NCBI GenBank assembly: GCA_965263035.1
Contig: OZ253580.1
Span: 5,184,001-5,248,000 of the forward strand
Direction: 5' to 3'
From: Acidobacteriota bacterium
GTDB taxonomy: Bacteria > Acidobacteriota > UBA6911 > RPQK01 > JAJDTT01
Length of the DNA: 64,000 nt
Shown: positions 19,066-28,630 of the stretch, one piece after another
Layout: every line of letters starts with the position of its first letter
How positions within the stretch are numbered: the stretch's first letter is position 1
Position numbers and translations under genes: made by a program
Notes under the pieces: model-generated
What the model saw: only the letters and a program-made list of their open reading frames with translations
Databases searched by the model: none
Told to the model about the DNA's origin: nothing

Positions 19066-20370
19066 TTGAACATGGGTGTGCGTTCTTGCGTTCCGGCCTC
19101 TCTGGCGGGGGCTCTGCTCCTGGCCGCGATGACCTCGGGGAGTGCCGGAGGCCGCATCGGACCGGCCCCGGCGGCGGCGGCCAGCAGAATCCTGGCCCGG
19201 GAGTGTTACTCCTGCCACAACCAGGTCAAGCGGGCGGGAGCCCTGAGCCTGCACACCTACCAGACCCTCATGAAGGGCGGGAACAACGGTCCCGCGCTGG
19301 TCCCGGGTCGGAGCGATGAGAGTCGGATGATCCGGATGGTGGAGGGCCTCCTGGAGCCCACCATGCCCGAGGACGGGTTCCTTGCCGACCAGGATATCGA
19401 AGTCCTTCGCGCCTGGGTCGACGCCGGCGCTCCGCCCTGGGAGGGCGATCTGGGAAGAATTCGCCTGGAGCGGCTTCCCGACATCCGTCCTGCTGAAACG
19501 GTCCGGCCGGAGGTGGCGAGTCTGGCTTTTCATCCCGGCGGAAAGATGGTCGCCGCGGGCAGCTACCAGGAGATCCGGCTGCTCCGGCTCGGGGGAGAAG
19601 TCGAAGGCCGGCTGACCGGATTGGCCGAGACGGTGCGTTCCGTCGCCTTCAGCCCGGATGGGTCGAGGCTGGCCTCGGGTGCCGGAATGCCGTCCCGCTT
19701 CGGAGAGGTCAAGATCTGGGACCCGGTCGCCCGGGAGCTGGTCCGAGGCTGGGAAGGCCACACCGATTGCATCTACTCGGTGGCATTCAGTCCCGACGGG
19801 TCGGTGCTGGCCACGGCCAGCTACGATCGGCTGATCAAATTGTGGGAGGTGAAGACGGGTCGGGAGATCCGAACCATCTCCGGACACGTGGATGCGGTCT
19901 ATTCGTTGGCCTTCAATTCCGCGGGCGACCGCTTGGCCTCGGCTTCGGCTGACCGCACGGTCAAAGTCTGGGACGTGGCCAGCGGACGGCAGTTGGGGAC
20001 GCCACTTTCAGGCTCGACGGCCGAGCTCTTCGCCATGGCGTTCTACCCGGGCGGCCGCCGGATCGCCGCCGCCGGAATGGACAAGATGATTCGGATCTGG
20101 GATCTGGGCGCGGACGGCGGCAGCCTGGCCGGTTCCGTCTTCTCCCATGACGGTCCGGTCGTCGACCTCTCCCTGACGCCGGATGGGAACACCTTGATTT
20201 CGGCCGGCGCCGACGGACGAGTCAAATTCTGGGATGCCCGCTCTCTGGAGGAGAGGAAGGCCCTGGAGGCTCAGCCGGACACGGTCCTGGCCCTGGCCGT
20301 CAGCCCCTCCGGAGAGACTTTGGCCGTGGGCCGCTACGATGGGATCGTCGTCTTCGAGCCGATACAATAG
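19066..20370 (+). CDS. Planctomycete-type cytochrome c domain plus WD40 repeats
   Basis: CYSCH haem motif, MP..WVDAGA and multiple GH...WD repeats. Confidence 0.9.
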   Translation: MNMGVRSCVPASLAGALLLAAMTSGSAGGRIGPAPAAAASRILARECYSCHNQVKRAGALSLHTYQTLMKGGNNGPALVPGRSDESRMIRMVEGLLEPTMPEDGFLADQDIEVLRAWVDAGAPPWEGDLGRIRLERLPDIRPAETVRPEVASLAFHPGGKMVAAGSYQEIRLLRLGGEVEGRLTGLAETVRSVAFSPDGSRLASGAGMPSRFGEVKIWDPVARELVRGWEGHTDCIYSVAFSPDGSVLATASYDRLIKLWEVKTGREIRTISGHVDAVYSLAFNSAGDRLASASADRTVKVWDVASGRQLGTPLSGSTAELFAMAFYPGGRRIAAAGMDKMIRIWDLGADGGSLAGSVFSHDGPVVDLSLTPDGNTLISAGADGRVKFWDARSLEERKALEAQPDTVLALAVSPSGETLAVGRYDGIVVFEPIQ

Positions 20371-20382
20371 CCGAGCAAGCCA

Positions 20383-22965
20383 ATGATGGAAATAACAGCC
20401 CGTGGTAAAAGTCGTCACGGCATTCGGCCGTCCCTGCATCCCGGCGGACTGCGTTGCGACTCGTTCACATACTCCCGGTACGCTCCCTCATCGCGCCTTG
20501 TCCGGCGGGCGCAGGACCGGTCTCGGTGCTCGCGGGACTTTCACCACGGGCTGTCAAGGTCGATATTTCGGGGATTTCTCATCGTGTCGCTGGTGGCGCC
20601 GCTGTTGGGCCAACACCCGCCGCCGACCCTGAACTCAGTAGTTCCTCTGGGTGGGCAGCGGGGTACCAGCGTCACGCTCCTGCTGGATGGGACCAACCTG
20701 GGGGAGGTCCGGAGGATCCTTTTTGATCACGAGGGTCTGGACGCCGTCATCGAGAGGCAGCAGGAACTGCCCAACCCGCGAAAGATGGTCGAGGGGCAGA
20801 CCCGGGCCCTGATCCTGGACGGCGCGTCCCGGAACCGTCTCTGGGTGCGGGTCGACGTCGACGGGTCCGTTCCGGCCGATCTCTATCACTTCAGGGTGTG
20901 GACGCCCTTGGGGGTGAGCAATCCGCTTCCCTTTGCCGTTGGAGAATTTCCCGAGGTGGAGGAGACCCAGTTCAACGACACTCCCCGGCAGGCCCAGCCC
21001 GTTTCGCTCCCGGTGACTGTCCGGGGGGACATTTCCAGCACCGGAGACGCGGATCACTTTCGATTTCGTGCTCGGGAAGGCCAGCATCTGGCCTTTCGCG
21101 TCATCTCCTCGCCCTTGGGATCGATTCTGAATGCGCAGCTGCAGCTTTTGGAAGAATCGGGAAAACCGGTGGAAGGGTGTGTTTCGCGGTCCGGCAAGCA
21201 GGCCTTTCTCAGTTGCAAGATCCAGGACAGTGGAGCTTTTATCATCCGGATCGCCGACAAGAACCGCGTCGGAGCCATGAGCGGTTACGATTACCGGCTC
21301 GAAGCGGGCGAGTTCCCGCTGTTGGAAGGCGTGTTCCCGCTGGGAGTCCAAGCGGGAAAGGAGACCCGTCTCGAGGTCTGGGGCTCCAATCTGGGGGACG
21401 CCGACTCGGTCCCCTTCACGGCTTCGGAAGAGCAGGCGGGACAGATCGTCCCGCTGGCCGTGCCGCCGGCCGCCAATCGGCTGAATTTGGCTGTCGGAGC
21501 TGATCCTGAAACACTGGAGACAGAGCCCAACAATACTCGGGAAACGGCCCAGCAGGTGAGCTTGCCCGTCACCCTGAACGGACACGTCCACTCCCTGGCC
21601 GGCAGCTCCGCTCCGTCAGGTCCGGATCAGGATCTGTTTCGATTCGAAGCTCGAAAGGAACAGGTCCTGGTTCTGGAGGTGGAAGCCTCCAGGCTGGGCT
21701 CCTCCCTGGACTCCCTGGTGGAGATCTGGGACGCCCAGGGCCGGCCGGTCCGCCGGGCGGAAGTGCGCTGCCTCGCCCAGACCGAGGTCGTTCTCAGCAA
21801 TCGCGACTCGATCCAAGGGTCGATGCGTCTGGGATCGACCGAGGATCTGGCGCTGGACGATTATCTGATGGTCGGCTCGGAGATCGTGCAGATCAAGGCC
21901 ATGCCGAGAGGTCCTGACGACGATGCCCGGTTCAAGTCATTCCGGAGTGTGCGGCAGGCCCTGTTCGGGACCACGGCCGAGGGTCACGCCGTGGGAGACC
22001 CGGTCTACAAGGTTCGCTTGTTTCCTCCGGGCACCCGCTTCAGCGCCAACGGGATGCCCGTATTTCAGCTCAACTACCGCAACGACGACGGAGGGCCGGG
22101 ATACGGCCGTGACTCGAATCTGGAGTTCACGGCGCCCGCCGATGGAACCTACCTGGTGGCCCTGCGGGATGCTCGTGGCCAGGAAGGCGCGGACCACCCC
22201 TACCGGCTGACGATCCGGGAGCCGAGTCCCGATTTTCGGATGGAGCTGCCCTCGCGCCGCTCGGGCCGCATTTTGAGCGGCACCGGAGATTCGACCCACT
22301 TCAACCTTCCGGCCGGGGGGCGTCTCACCGTCGATGTCGCGGTGCGTCGGCTGGACGGATTCGACGGACAAGTGCTGGTGCAATTGGAGGATCTTCCCGC
22401 GGGCGTCAGCGCCGGGACTGCAGTGGTTCCGGCAGGCGCCGACTCCACCGTGATTCTCCTCGAGGCGTCCAGCGGGGCCTCGTTCGCTCCGACCCGGGTG
22501 AGGATCGTGGGGCGAGCCGAGGTGAATGGCCGTGAGTTGGTCCGAACCTTGGAGAACGATGCGGGGATACTTCTCGCTGTCAACACGGTGTCCGATCTCA
22601 CCGTAGCCGTCGACCGCCGGGAGCTTCGCCTGGAGCCCGGGAAGGAGGCGCGCATCCGCGTCGACATCGACCGCCTCGGAGAGTTTGGAGGCCGGGTCCC
22701 GGTCGACGTTCGCAACCTCCCCTACGGGGTCCGGGTGCTGCACGTGGGGCTGAACGGCATCCTGGTGACGGAAGAGGAGAGCAGCCGTGTTTTCACCCTC
22801 TATGCCGAACCCTGGGTGAAACCCCTCGTCCAGCCCATCTATGTCGTCGCTCGAGTCGAGACGAACTCGCCCATTCCCCTGGAGCACGCAGCGGCGGCAG
22901 TCCAACTTCAAGTCGTCGGCGCTCCGGTAGCGGAACGATCAACGGCAAGTGGAGGAAAGCGTTGA
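20383..22965 (+). CDS. Secreted PPC (pre-peptidase C-terminal) repeat protein; N-terminus carries an in-frame palindromic insertion
   Basis: P.GGQRGT, E.E.ND..AQ and D.D.FRF repeats typical of this cluster. Confidence 0.8.
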   Translation: MMEITARGKSRHGIRPSLHPGGLRCDSFTYSRYAPSSRLVRRAQDRSRCSRDFHHGLSRSIFRGFLIVSLVAPLLGQHPPPTLNSVVPLGGQRGTSVTLLLDGTNLGEVRRILFDHEGLDAVIERQQELPNPRKMVEGQTRALILDGASRNRLWVRVDVDGSVPADLYHFRVWTPLGVSNPLPFAVGEFPEVEETQFNDTPRQAQPVSLPVTVRGDISSTGDADHFRFRAREGQHLAFRVISSPLGSILNAQLQLLEESGKPVEGCVSRSGKQAFLSCKIQDSGAFIIRIADKNRVGAMSGYDYRLEAGEFPLLEGVFPLGVQAGKETRLEVWGSNLGDADSVPFTASEEQAGQIVPLAVPPAANRLNLAVGADPETLETEPNNTRETAQQVSLPVTLNGHVHSLAGSSAPSGPDQDLFRFEARKEQVLVLEVEASRLGSSLDSLVEIWDAQGRPVRRAEVRCLAQTEVVLSNRDSIQGSMRLGSTEDLALDDYLMVGSEIVQIKAMPRGPDDDARFKSFRSVRQALFGTTAEGHAVGDPVYKVRLFPPGTRFSANGMPVFQLNYRNDDGGPGYGRDSNLEFTAPADGTYLVALRDARGQEGADHPYRLTIREPSPDFRMELPSRRSGRILSGTGDSTHFNLPAGGRLTVDVAVRRLDGFDGQVLVQLEDLPAGVSAGTAVVPAGADSTVILLEASSGASFAPTRVRIVGRAEVNGRELVRTLENDAGILLAVNTVSDLTVAVDRRELRLEPGKEARIRVDIDRLGEFGGRVPVDVRNLPYGVRVLHVGLNGILVTEEESSRVFTLYAEPWVKPLVQPIYVVARVETNSPIPLEHAAAAVQLQVVGAPVAERSTASGGKR
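20395..20556. mobile_element. 162-bp MITE/RPE-like palindromic element
   Basis: Terminal inverted repeats ACAGCCCGTGGTAAAAGTC and GACTTTCACCACGGGCTGT, preceded by TA and followed by CA (degenerate TA); length is 54 codons. Confidence 0.78.
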
Positions 22966-24266
22966 AACCGTTTCGATTCCAAAGATCGCAGGAACTGTAC
23001 GAGGAGGCTTGCAAGGTTCTGGCCGGTGGCGTCAGCAGCCACTTTCGGACCATGGGACGGCCCCACCCCATGTTCTTCTCCGAAGGGAGGGGAGCCCGGG
23101 TCCGGGACGTGGACGGCAACGAGTATCTGGACTTCACCCTGAGTCAGGGTCCCATGCTGTTGGGACATTCCCATCCGGAGGTGTTGGAGCGGGTCCGGAT
23201 CGAGCAGTCCAGGGGACAGCTTTTCGCGGCCCAAAGCGAGCTGGAGATCGAGCTGGCCCGGCTGCTGACGCAGATCCTGCCCAGCGCCGACCTGGTTCGG
23301 TTCTCCAACAGCGGGTCCGATGCGGCCCACGCGGTCTTTCGCATGGCCCGGGCCCTGACCGGAAGGCGAAAGATCCTCAAGTTCGAGGGCCACTACCACG
23401 GCTGGTTCGATGACATCTTCGTGGACGTCAAGCCGGAAGCGGACGGATCCGGATACCGGACCTCTCTCCTCACGGGTGGACAACCCGCCTCGGTTCTGGA
23501 TCAGGTCGTCGTCCTCCCCTGGAACGATCTGGAGGTGGTCCGGGAGACCTTGGAGCGGGACCCGGAAATCGCCGCGGTGGTGACCGAGCCCATCATGTGC
23601 AACAACAGCTGCATCTTCCCCGAGCCCGGCTATCTGGAGGGGCTTCGGGAACTCTGCACCCGTCACGGCGTGGTGCTCATCTTCGACGAGGTCATCACCG
23701 GTTTCCGTGTCGCGCTGGGAGGCGCACAGGAACTGCTGGGAGTCCAGGCCGACCTGTCGATCTACGGGAAGGCCATGGCCAGCGGCTTTCCCCTCAGCCT
23801 GGTCGCCGGAAAACGCCCGTTCATGGAGTGCTTGGCGGACGGCCGGGTGGTCCACGCCGGGACCATGAACGCGAATATCCCCGTGCTGGCAGCTTCTCTG
23901 GCCTCCGTGGAGATCCTGAACCGCGAGCGGCGTAGTTTGTACCCAAGAATCACTCGGCTGGGCCGGCAGCTCATGGAGGGCCTTCGGGCCCGGGCTGGGG
24001 CTCGGGGTCTCCCCATACTGGTCCAGGGGCTCGGCCCCATGTTTCACACCGGGTTCTCACCGCTGGAATCGATCCGGAATTTCCGCCAGTGCGCCAGCTA
24101 CGATGCGGGGCTTGTGGATGAGTTGGCCTTTGGACTCCTCAGAAGAGGGGTTCGGATCATCGGAAGAGGGCTCTGGTTCGTCTCCGCTGCGCTCACCGAG
24201 GAAGACGTGGATACGGTGCTGGAGACGGCGGATCAGGTCTTCGACGAGATGGTCCGGGATTCCTGA
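22962..24266 (+). CDS. Class III PLP aminotransferase (glutamate-1-semialdehyde aminomutase-like)
   Basis: FEGHYHG, IFDEVITGFR, YGKAMASGFP and HAGT. Confidence 0.85.
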   Translation: MKPFRFQRSQELYEEACKVLAGGVSSHFRTMGRPHPMFFSEGRGARVRDVDGNEYLDFTLSQGPMLLGHSHPEVLERVRIEQSRGQLFAAQSELEIELARLLTQILPSADLVRFSNSGSDAAHAVFRMARALTGRRKILKFEGHYHGWFDDIFVDVKPEADGSGYRTSLLTGGQPASVLDQVVVLPWNDLEVVRETLERDPEIAAVVTEPIMCNNSCIFPEPGYLEGLRELCTRHGVVLIFDEVITGFRVALGGAQELLGVQADLSIYGKAMASGFPLSLVAGKRPFMECLADGRVVHAGTMNANIPVLAASLASVEILNRERRSLYPRITRLGRQLMEGLRARAGARGLPILVQGLGPMFHTGFSPLESIRNFRQCASYDAGLVDELAFGLLRRGVRIIGRGLWFVSAALTEEDVDTVLETADQVFDEMVRDS

Positions 24267-24377
24267 GGGCTGGAAGTCCCTTGCAATTCCGGGTTCTCCA
24301 CCGAATTCGGGCCGTATCTGGCCTTTCCGGAACGACTATGTTAAAAATAGATGAAATTTCCCATCAGGAGGGATGCG

Positions 24378-25046
24378 ATGCGTGGTTTTAGATTCATCTT
24401 TCTTTCTTTGGTCATCCTCTCGATCTCGGCTTGTTCCGGGCCGACCGGAGGAGACGTCGCCAAGGCCCCGGAAGAGAAGCCCGAGCCGCCACCGCCTCCA
24501 TCGGGGGACCCGGTTGTCACCATTCAGACCATCAAGGGGGACATCGTCGTACGCCTGCGGCCCGATCTGGCGCCCACTACCGCCGAGCGGTTCAAGGTCA
24601 TGGCGATGGCAGGATTCTACAACCGCTCCACTTTCCACTACGTGAGCAAGGGCTTCATCCAGGGAGGCGATCCGTTCTCCAAGGACAACGATCCCTACAA
24701 CGACGGTAAGGGCAACGCCGCCGAGTGGATCACACCCGAGTTCAGGGAGGACTACGAGGTGGGCCGGGGAGCGGTGGGCATGATGCGCAAGGACACTCAA
24801 CCCGACTCGTCGAGTTGCCAGTTCTTCATCGTCTTGCGCCGCAAGAAGGAATGGGACGGCAAGTACAACATCTTCGGCGAGGTCATCGAAGGGATCGAGA
24901 CCGCTGACGTCATTGGCGATTCTCCCATCGTGAAGAACGACCGCAAGCTGAACAATCATCCGACCGCCAAGATGACCATCAAGCGGATGAAGGTGGACTA
25001 TCGGGAGTTCCCGGAAGAGGCCGCAGCGGAAGCCACCGGGGGATAG
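24378..25046 (+). CDS. Cyclophilin-type PPIase-like lipoprotein
   Basis: Lipobox ISAC; AP.T..F, IQGGDP, SQFFI-like and Y.IFGEV motifs. Confidence 0.82.
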   Translation: MRGFRFIFLSLVILSISACSGPTGGDVAKAPEEKPEPPPPPSGDPVVTIQTIKGDIVVRLRPDLAPTTAERFKVMAMAGFYNRSTFHYVSKGFIQGGDPFSKDNDPYNDGKGNAAEWITPEFREDYEVGRGAVGMMRKDTQPDSSSCQFFIVLRRKKEWDGKYNIFGEVIEGIETADVIGDSPIVKNDRKLNNHPTAKMTIKRMKVDYREFPEEAAAEATGG

Positions 25047-25317
25047 TCGGGCGTCCGTCCGAATCGCCAGGGGCCAAGTGGCCCGACCAAAACTGAAATG
25101 CGGTCCGTCTGAAATCGGGCCGGCCGGAAGGTCTATTCGTGCCCGGCTTGGTTGAATCTTACCGGACTCGCACTTCGGCGTGACGGTGGAAGTTCCTCCG
25201 AAAAATTCTTCCCAAAAACCTTCCCGGCTTACGTTCGTCGCTGTCGGTATGTCCGGTCTTTTACTGGTGCCGCCGGCGCCTGCGCTGGGGAGACGTCAAT
25301 TTCCCATCCGTTTCGAT

Positions 25318-25347
25318 TTGACAAGCTTTCGGGGGGTTTCGTACCTT
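25318..25347 (+). promoter_or_regulatory. Possible sigma70 promoter for the SDR/FAH genes
   Basis: TTGACA-N18-TACCTT. Confidence 0.35.
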
Positions 25348-25430
25348 GACACGCTGTTGAAGAGATCCTGTGCCTTGCCGATTCCTGAAACAGGAAGCGT
25401 GGCCGGGGCGGGAAAGCAAGGGGAGTAAGG

Positions 25431-26189
25431 ATGAGCTTGTCAGGCAAAGTCGCCCTGGTCACGGGCGCCAATCGGGGGATCGGACGGGGTTGTGCCCTGG
25501 AGATGGCCCGCCGGGGTGCGGACATTGCCGTCAACTACCGGAGCCACGCCGACGAGGCGGAAGAGGTCGCGGGGGAGGTCCGATCCCTGGGCCGGCGGGC
25601 CATCGTCCTGCAGGCGGACGTGTCGGACCGCCAACAGGATCGGGATCTGGTTTCCGCCACTGTGGAGCAACTGGGGCGACTCGACATTCTGGTGGCCAAC
25701 GCCGCGGTCAGCAGGCGCAAACCGTTCGTGGAGCTGAGCGTAGAGGACATCCGGTTGACCCTGGATGTCTGCCTCTGGGGTGTGATCCATTGCTGTCAGT
25801 TGTCCGCCCGGCAGATGTTGTCGCAGGGCCAGGGTGGCAACATCGTCATCATCAGCTCGGTCCACGCCTACCTGCCCATCGTGAATTCCATTCCCTACAA
25901 TATCGCCAAGGCGGGCATCAATCACATGGGCCGGACCCTGGCCCTGGAACTGGTGAGCGACGGGATCCGGGTCAACGTGGTTGAGCCCGGCTGGATCGAC
26001 ACGCCTGGAGAGCGCAAGTACGCCACCGACGAGCAGATTCGGGAAGCGGGTAAGAAACTTCCCATGGGCCGTCTCGGGACCATCGAGGAAATCGGCAAGG
26101 GAGTCGCCTACCTGGTCAGCGATGACGCCAGTTACGTGACCGGATCCATCCTCCGGATCGATGGAGGCTTCGTGCTTCCCCGTCCCTGA
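25431..26189 (+). CDS. Short-chain dehydrogenase/reductase
   Basis: TGANRGIG, YNIAK, PGWIDT and DGG. Confidence 0.92.
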   Translation: MSLSGKVALVTGANRGIGRGCALEMARRGADIAVNYRSHADEAEEVAGEVRSLGRRAIVLQADVSDRQQDRDLVSATVEQLGRLDILVANAAVSRRKPFVELSVEDIRLTLDVCLWGVIHCCQLSARQMLSQGQGGNIVIISSVHAYLPIVNSIPYNIAKAGINHMGRTLALELVSDGIRVNVVEPGWIDTPGERKYATDEQIREAGKKLPMGRLGTIEEIGKGVAYLVSDDASYVTGSILRIDGGFVLPRP

Positions 26190-26259
26190 TCGGCACCCAT
26201 CCTCGCCAACCAGCTGGCGGCGGTCCCACGCCGTCTTCAACCCGAAGGAGACAACTGTC

Positions 26260-27210
26260 ATGTTTCGTGTTTGTCGATACGAGAAGAGCGGCCGGCCTGT
26301 GCCCTCTATGAAGACGAACGCCTCGTCGATCTTCAGGATCTGGAACGCCATCGCAACGGCGGCCGCGCCGCGTCAGCCGTGGACTGGGAGAACTCTCTCA
26401 CCTTTCTTCCCCATCGCGGCGCGTCGGAACTGGGACAGAATCTCTACGCGTACTGGAACGGACTGTCCGGCGGGGACCGATCGACGCTGGATCTGGCGAC
26501 GAACTCGGTCCGGCTCCTTCCCCCCATGCCCATCCCTCCCAAGTTCCTGCTGCTTGCCGGCAACTACGCCGAGCACATCGAGGAGGGAGGAATGAAGGCC
26601 GAGGAGCGCGAGGATACCTTCCCGTATGTCTTCTAAAAGCCGCCGACCACGACCCTGAGAAGGTCGGGAGACGCGGTCATCATCCCCGCCATCTCGCCCG
26701 ATTTCATGGACTGGGAAGCGGAGCTGGGAGTGATCATCGGAAAGCGGTGCAAGGGGGTGCCGGCCGCTGACGCCCTGGGAGTGGTGGCCGGCTACACCGT
26801 CATCAACGACATCTCCAACCGGAGATTCCGGCCCAATCCCAATCGGAAGCAACGTCCCCGGGACGGGTTCTTCGACTGGCTTCACGGCAAGTGGTTCGAC
26901 AGCTCCGCCCCCGCCGGGCCTTGCATCACCTCGGCCCAGGACTTGTCCGATCCCCAGGACTGCTTCCTGCGCCTGGACCTCAATGGCGAGATCCAGCAGG
27001 ATTCCCACACCAGCCGGATGATCTTCAGCGTCGCCAAGGTCATCGAGTTCATCTCCAGCTTCGTGACCCTGGAACCGGGAGATCTCATCTCCACCGGAAC
27101 CGCGGCGGGGGTGGGAAAAGCCAAAGAGAAGTTCCTGCGTCACGGCGACCAGGTGGTGGCCCGGATCGATCACATCGGCGATCTGGTGAGCCACATGCGG
27201 AGCGAGGAAA
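26260..27210 (+). pseudogene. Fumarylacetoacetate hydrolase family protein, disrupted
   Basis: AAGGAG RBS and ATG at 26260; frameshift ~26295; AGNYAEH...F*KPP with in-frame TAA at 26634; DWEAEL, NDIS and LEPGDLISTGT; natural stop unclear. Confidence 0.8.
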
Positions 27211-27561
27211 GAGGAAATCAGGAAAGAGGAAAGAGTGAAGAGGGAGTGTCGGGAGGCCGCGGCCGTGGCTGCGTCACATTCCGGCTCTTTGGCGCGGATA
27301 TTGCGGCAGCGGAAGTAGATTCGTCGAGGTGGCTACGGAGCCGGCGGATACTGGACATGATCGTTTCCCGTTGTCCGCTCAACTGCCCAAACAGCTTCTC
27401 TCCTCTCTTTCCTCTTCTAAGAAACAAGGAGGGGCGACTTCCAGTCGCCCATTCCTCCATGCTCCACCGGAGTTCGGCGGTTGGAAACCGGCGCTCCTAC
27501 CCTTTTTCTACCGGGCGTCCGCCGGACCGGGCCGGTGGGGGAGCTTTTCTCTTTCCTCGTC

Positions 27562-28446
27562 TCAGACTTGGACTACGGGATTCTCCAGGATTCCGATTCC
27601 TTCGATTTCGATTCTGACCAGATCTCCCGCCTGAAGGGTGAATTCCTGGTGCGGGACGATTCCGGTCCCGGTCAGGACCACCGTCCCATCGGGCACCGGG
27701 TTGTGCCGCGTGAGGAAGCCGGCCAGCTCCTGGCAGGTTCTGACCATCCGGGAGGTGGAGGTCTCCCCCGTGAAGACGCGGTCGCCGTCGCGGAAAATTT
27801 CGCAGGTGACGGTGAGGTTGTGGGGATCGGGAACGGACTCGGGGCTCACGATGCAGGGGCCGATGGAGCAGCAGCGGCGGTAGATCTTGGCCTGGGGAAT
27901 GTAGAGGGGGTTGGCACCCTCGATGGCACGGCTGCTCACGTCATTGCCTGCGGTATATCCGGTGATCCGTCCGTCGTGGAGGATGAACGCCAGCTCCGCT
28001 TCCGGCACGTCCCAACCGGAATCCCCCCGGACGCCGACGGCCTCTCCGGGACCCACGCAACGGGCCGGGGTCGCTTTGAGAAAGATCTCGGGGCGTTCGG
28101 CTCTGTAGACCTTGGCGTACGGGTCGGGGGTTTCGCTTTCCCGCTGCCGCTCATCCCGGCTCTTGCGATAGGTGACGCCGGCCGCCCAGACTTCCGGGGG
28201 AACCAGTGGCCGGCCCAGCCGTAGACCCTGCCGGCTCAGCGTCCCGGACGAAACCTGCCGCTCACCGTTTCGCAGCAGACTCCCGACGAGGTCGTCCACG
28301 CTTTTGCCCATCAGACGGGACCAGCCAACCAGATCGGAGAACTCCCGGATCGGTGAATCATGAGTCAGGTCGAACAGCTTCCCCGGCTCTCCTTCCGCAA
28401 TGAGGCGGGGATCACCATTGGCATTCAGATAGCGGAAGAATTTCAT
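27562..28446 (-). CDS. FAH-family 2-dehydro-3-deoxy-pentonate dehydratase (KdaD/XylX-like)
   Basis: EVWAAGVTY..SR, ERPEIFLKAT, PEAEL, GNDVSSRAIEGANPLYIPQAK and LTGTGIVP. Confidence 0.82.
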   Translation of the reverse strand: MKFFRYLNANGDPRLIAEGEPGKLFDLTHDSPIREFSDLVGWSRLMGKSVDDLVGSLLRNGERQVSSGTLSRQGLRLGRPLVPPEVWAAGVTYRKSRDERQRESETPDPYAKVYRAERPEIFLKATPARCVGPGEAVGVRGDSGWDVPEAELAFILHDGRITGYTAGNDVSSRAIEGANPLYIPQAKIYRRCCSIGPCIVSPESVPDPHNLTVTCEIFRDGDRVFTGETSTSRMVRTCQELAGFLTRHNPVPDGTVVLTGTGIVPHQEFTLQAGDLVRIEIEGIGILENPVVQV

Positions 28447-28630
28447 GGGCGACTCCTTTGTAATCCCGGGCGGCCGTTTCCCGCCCGAGGCTGATAATCT
28501 CACACGTTGCGGGACCGGTAAGCAACTGGACTTTTCGCAGGTTCTTGGTGGACCATGTCGGCGGCGCCGGGATTTGGCGTTCGGGCCGATTGGCCGTTGG
28601 TGAGGCAGGTCCGGTTCGGAGGGTATCGAG

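Noticed and set aside
13436-19887. Very long minus-strand ORFs (799, 515 and 994 aa)
   Set aside because: High-GC antisense or off-frame shadows of well-supported genes
25050-25430. Long intergenic region as a possible riboswitch
   Set aside because: No recognisable aptamer motif; only a plausible promoter
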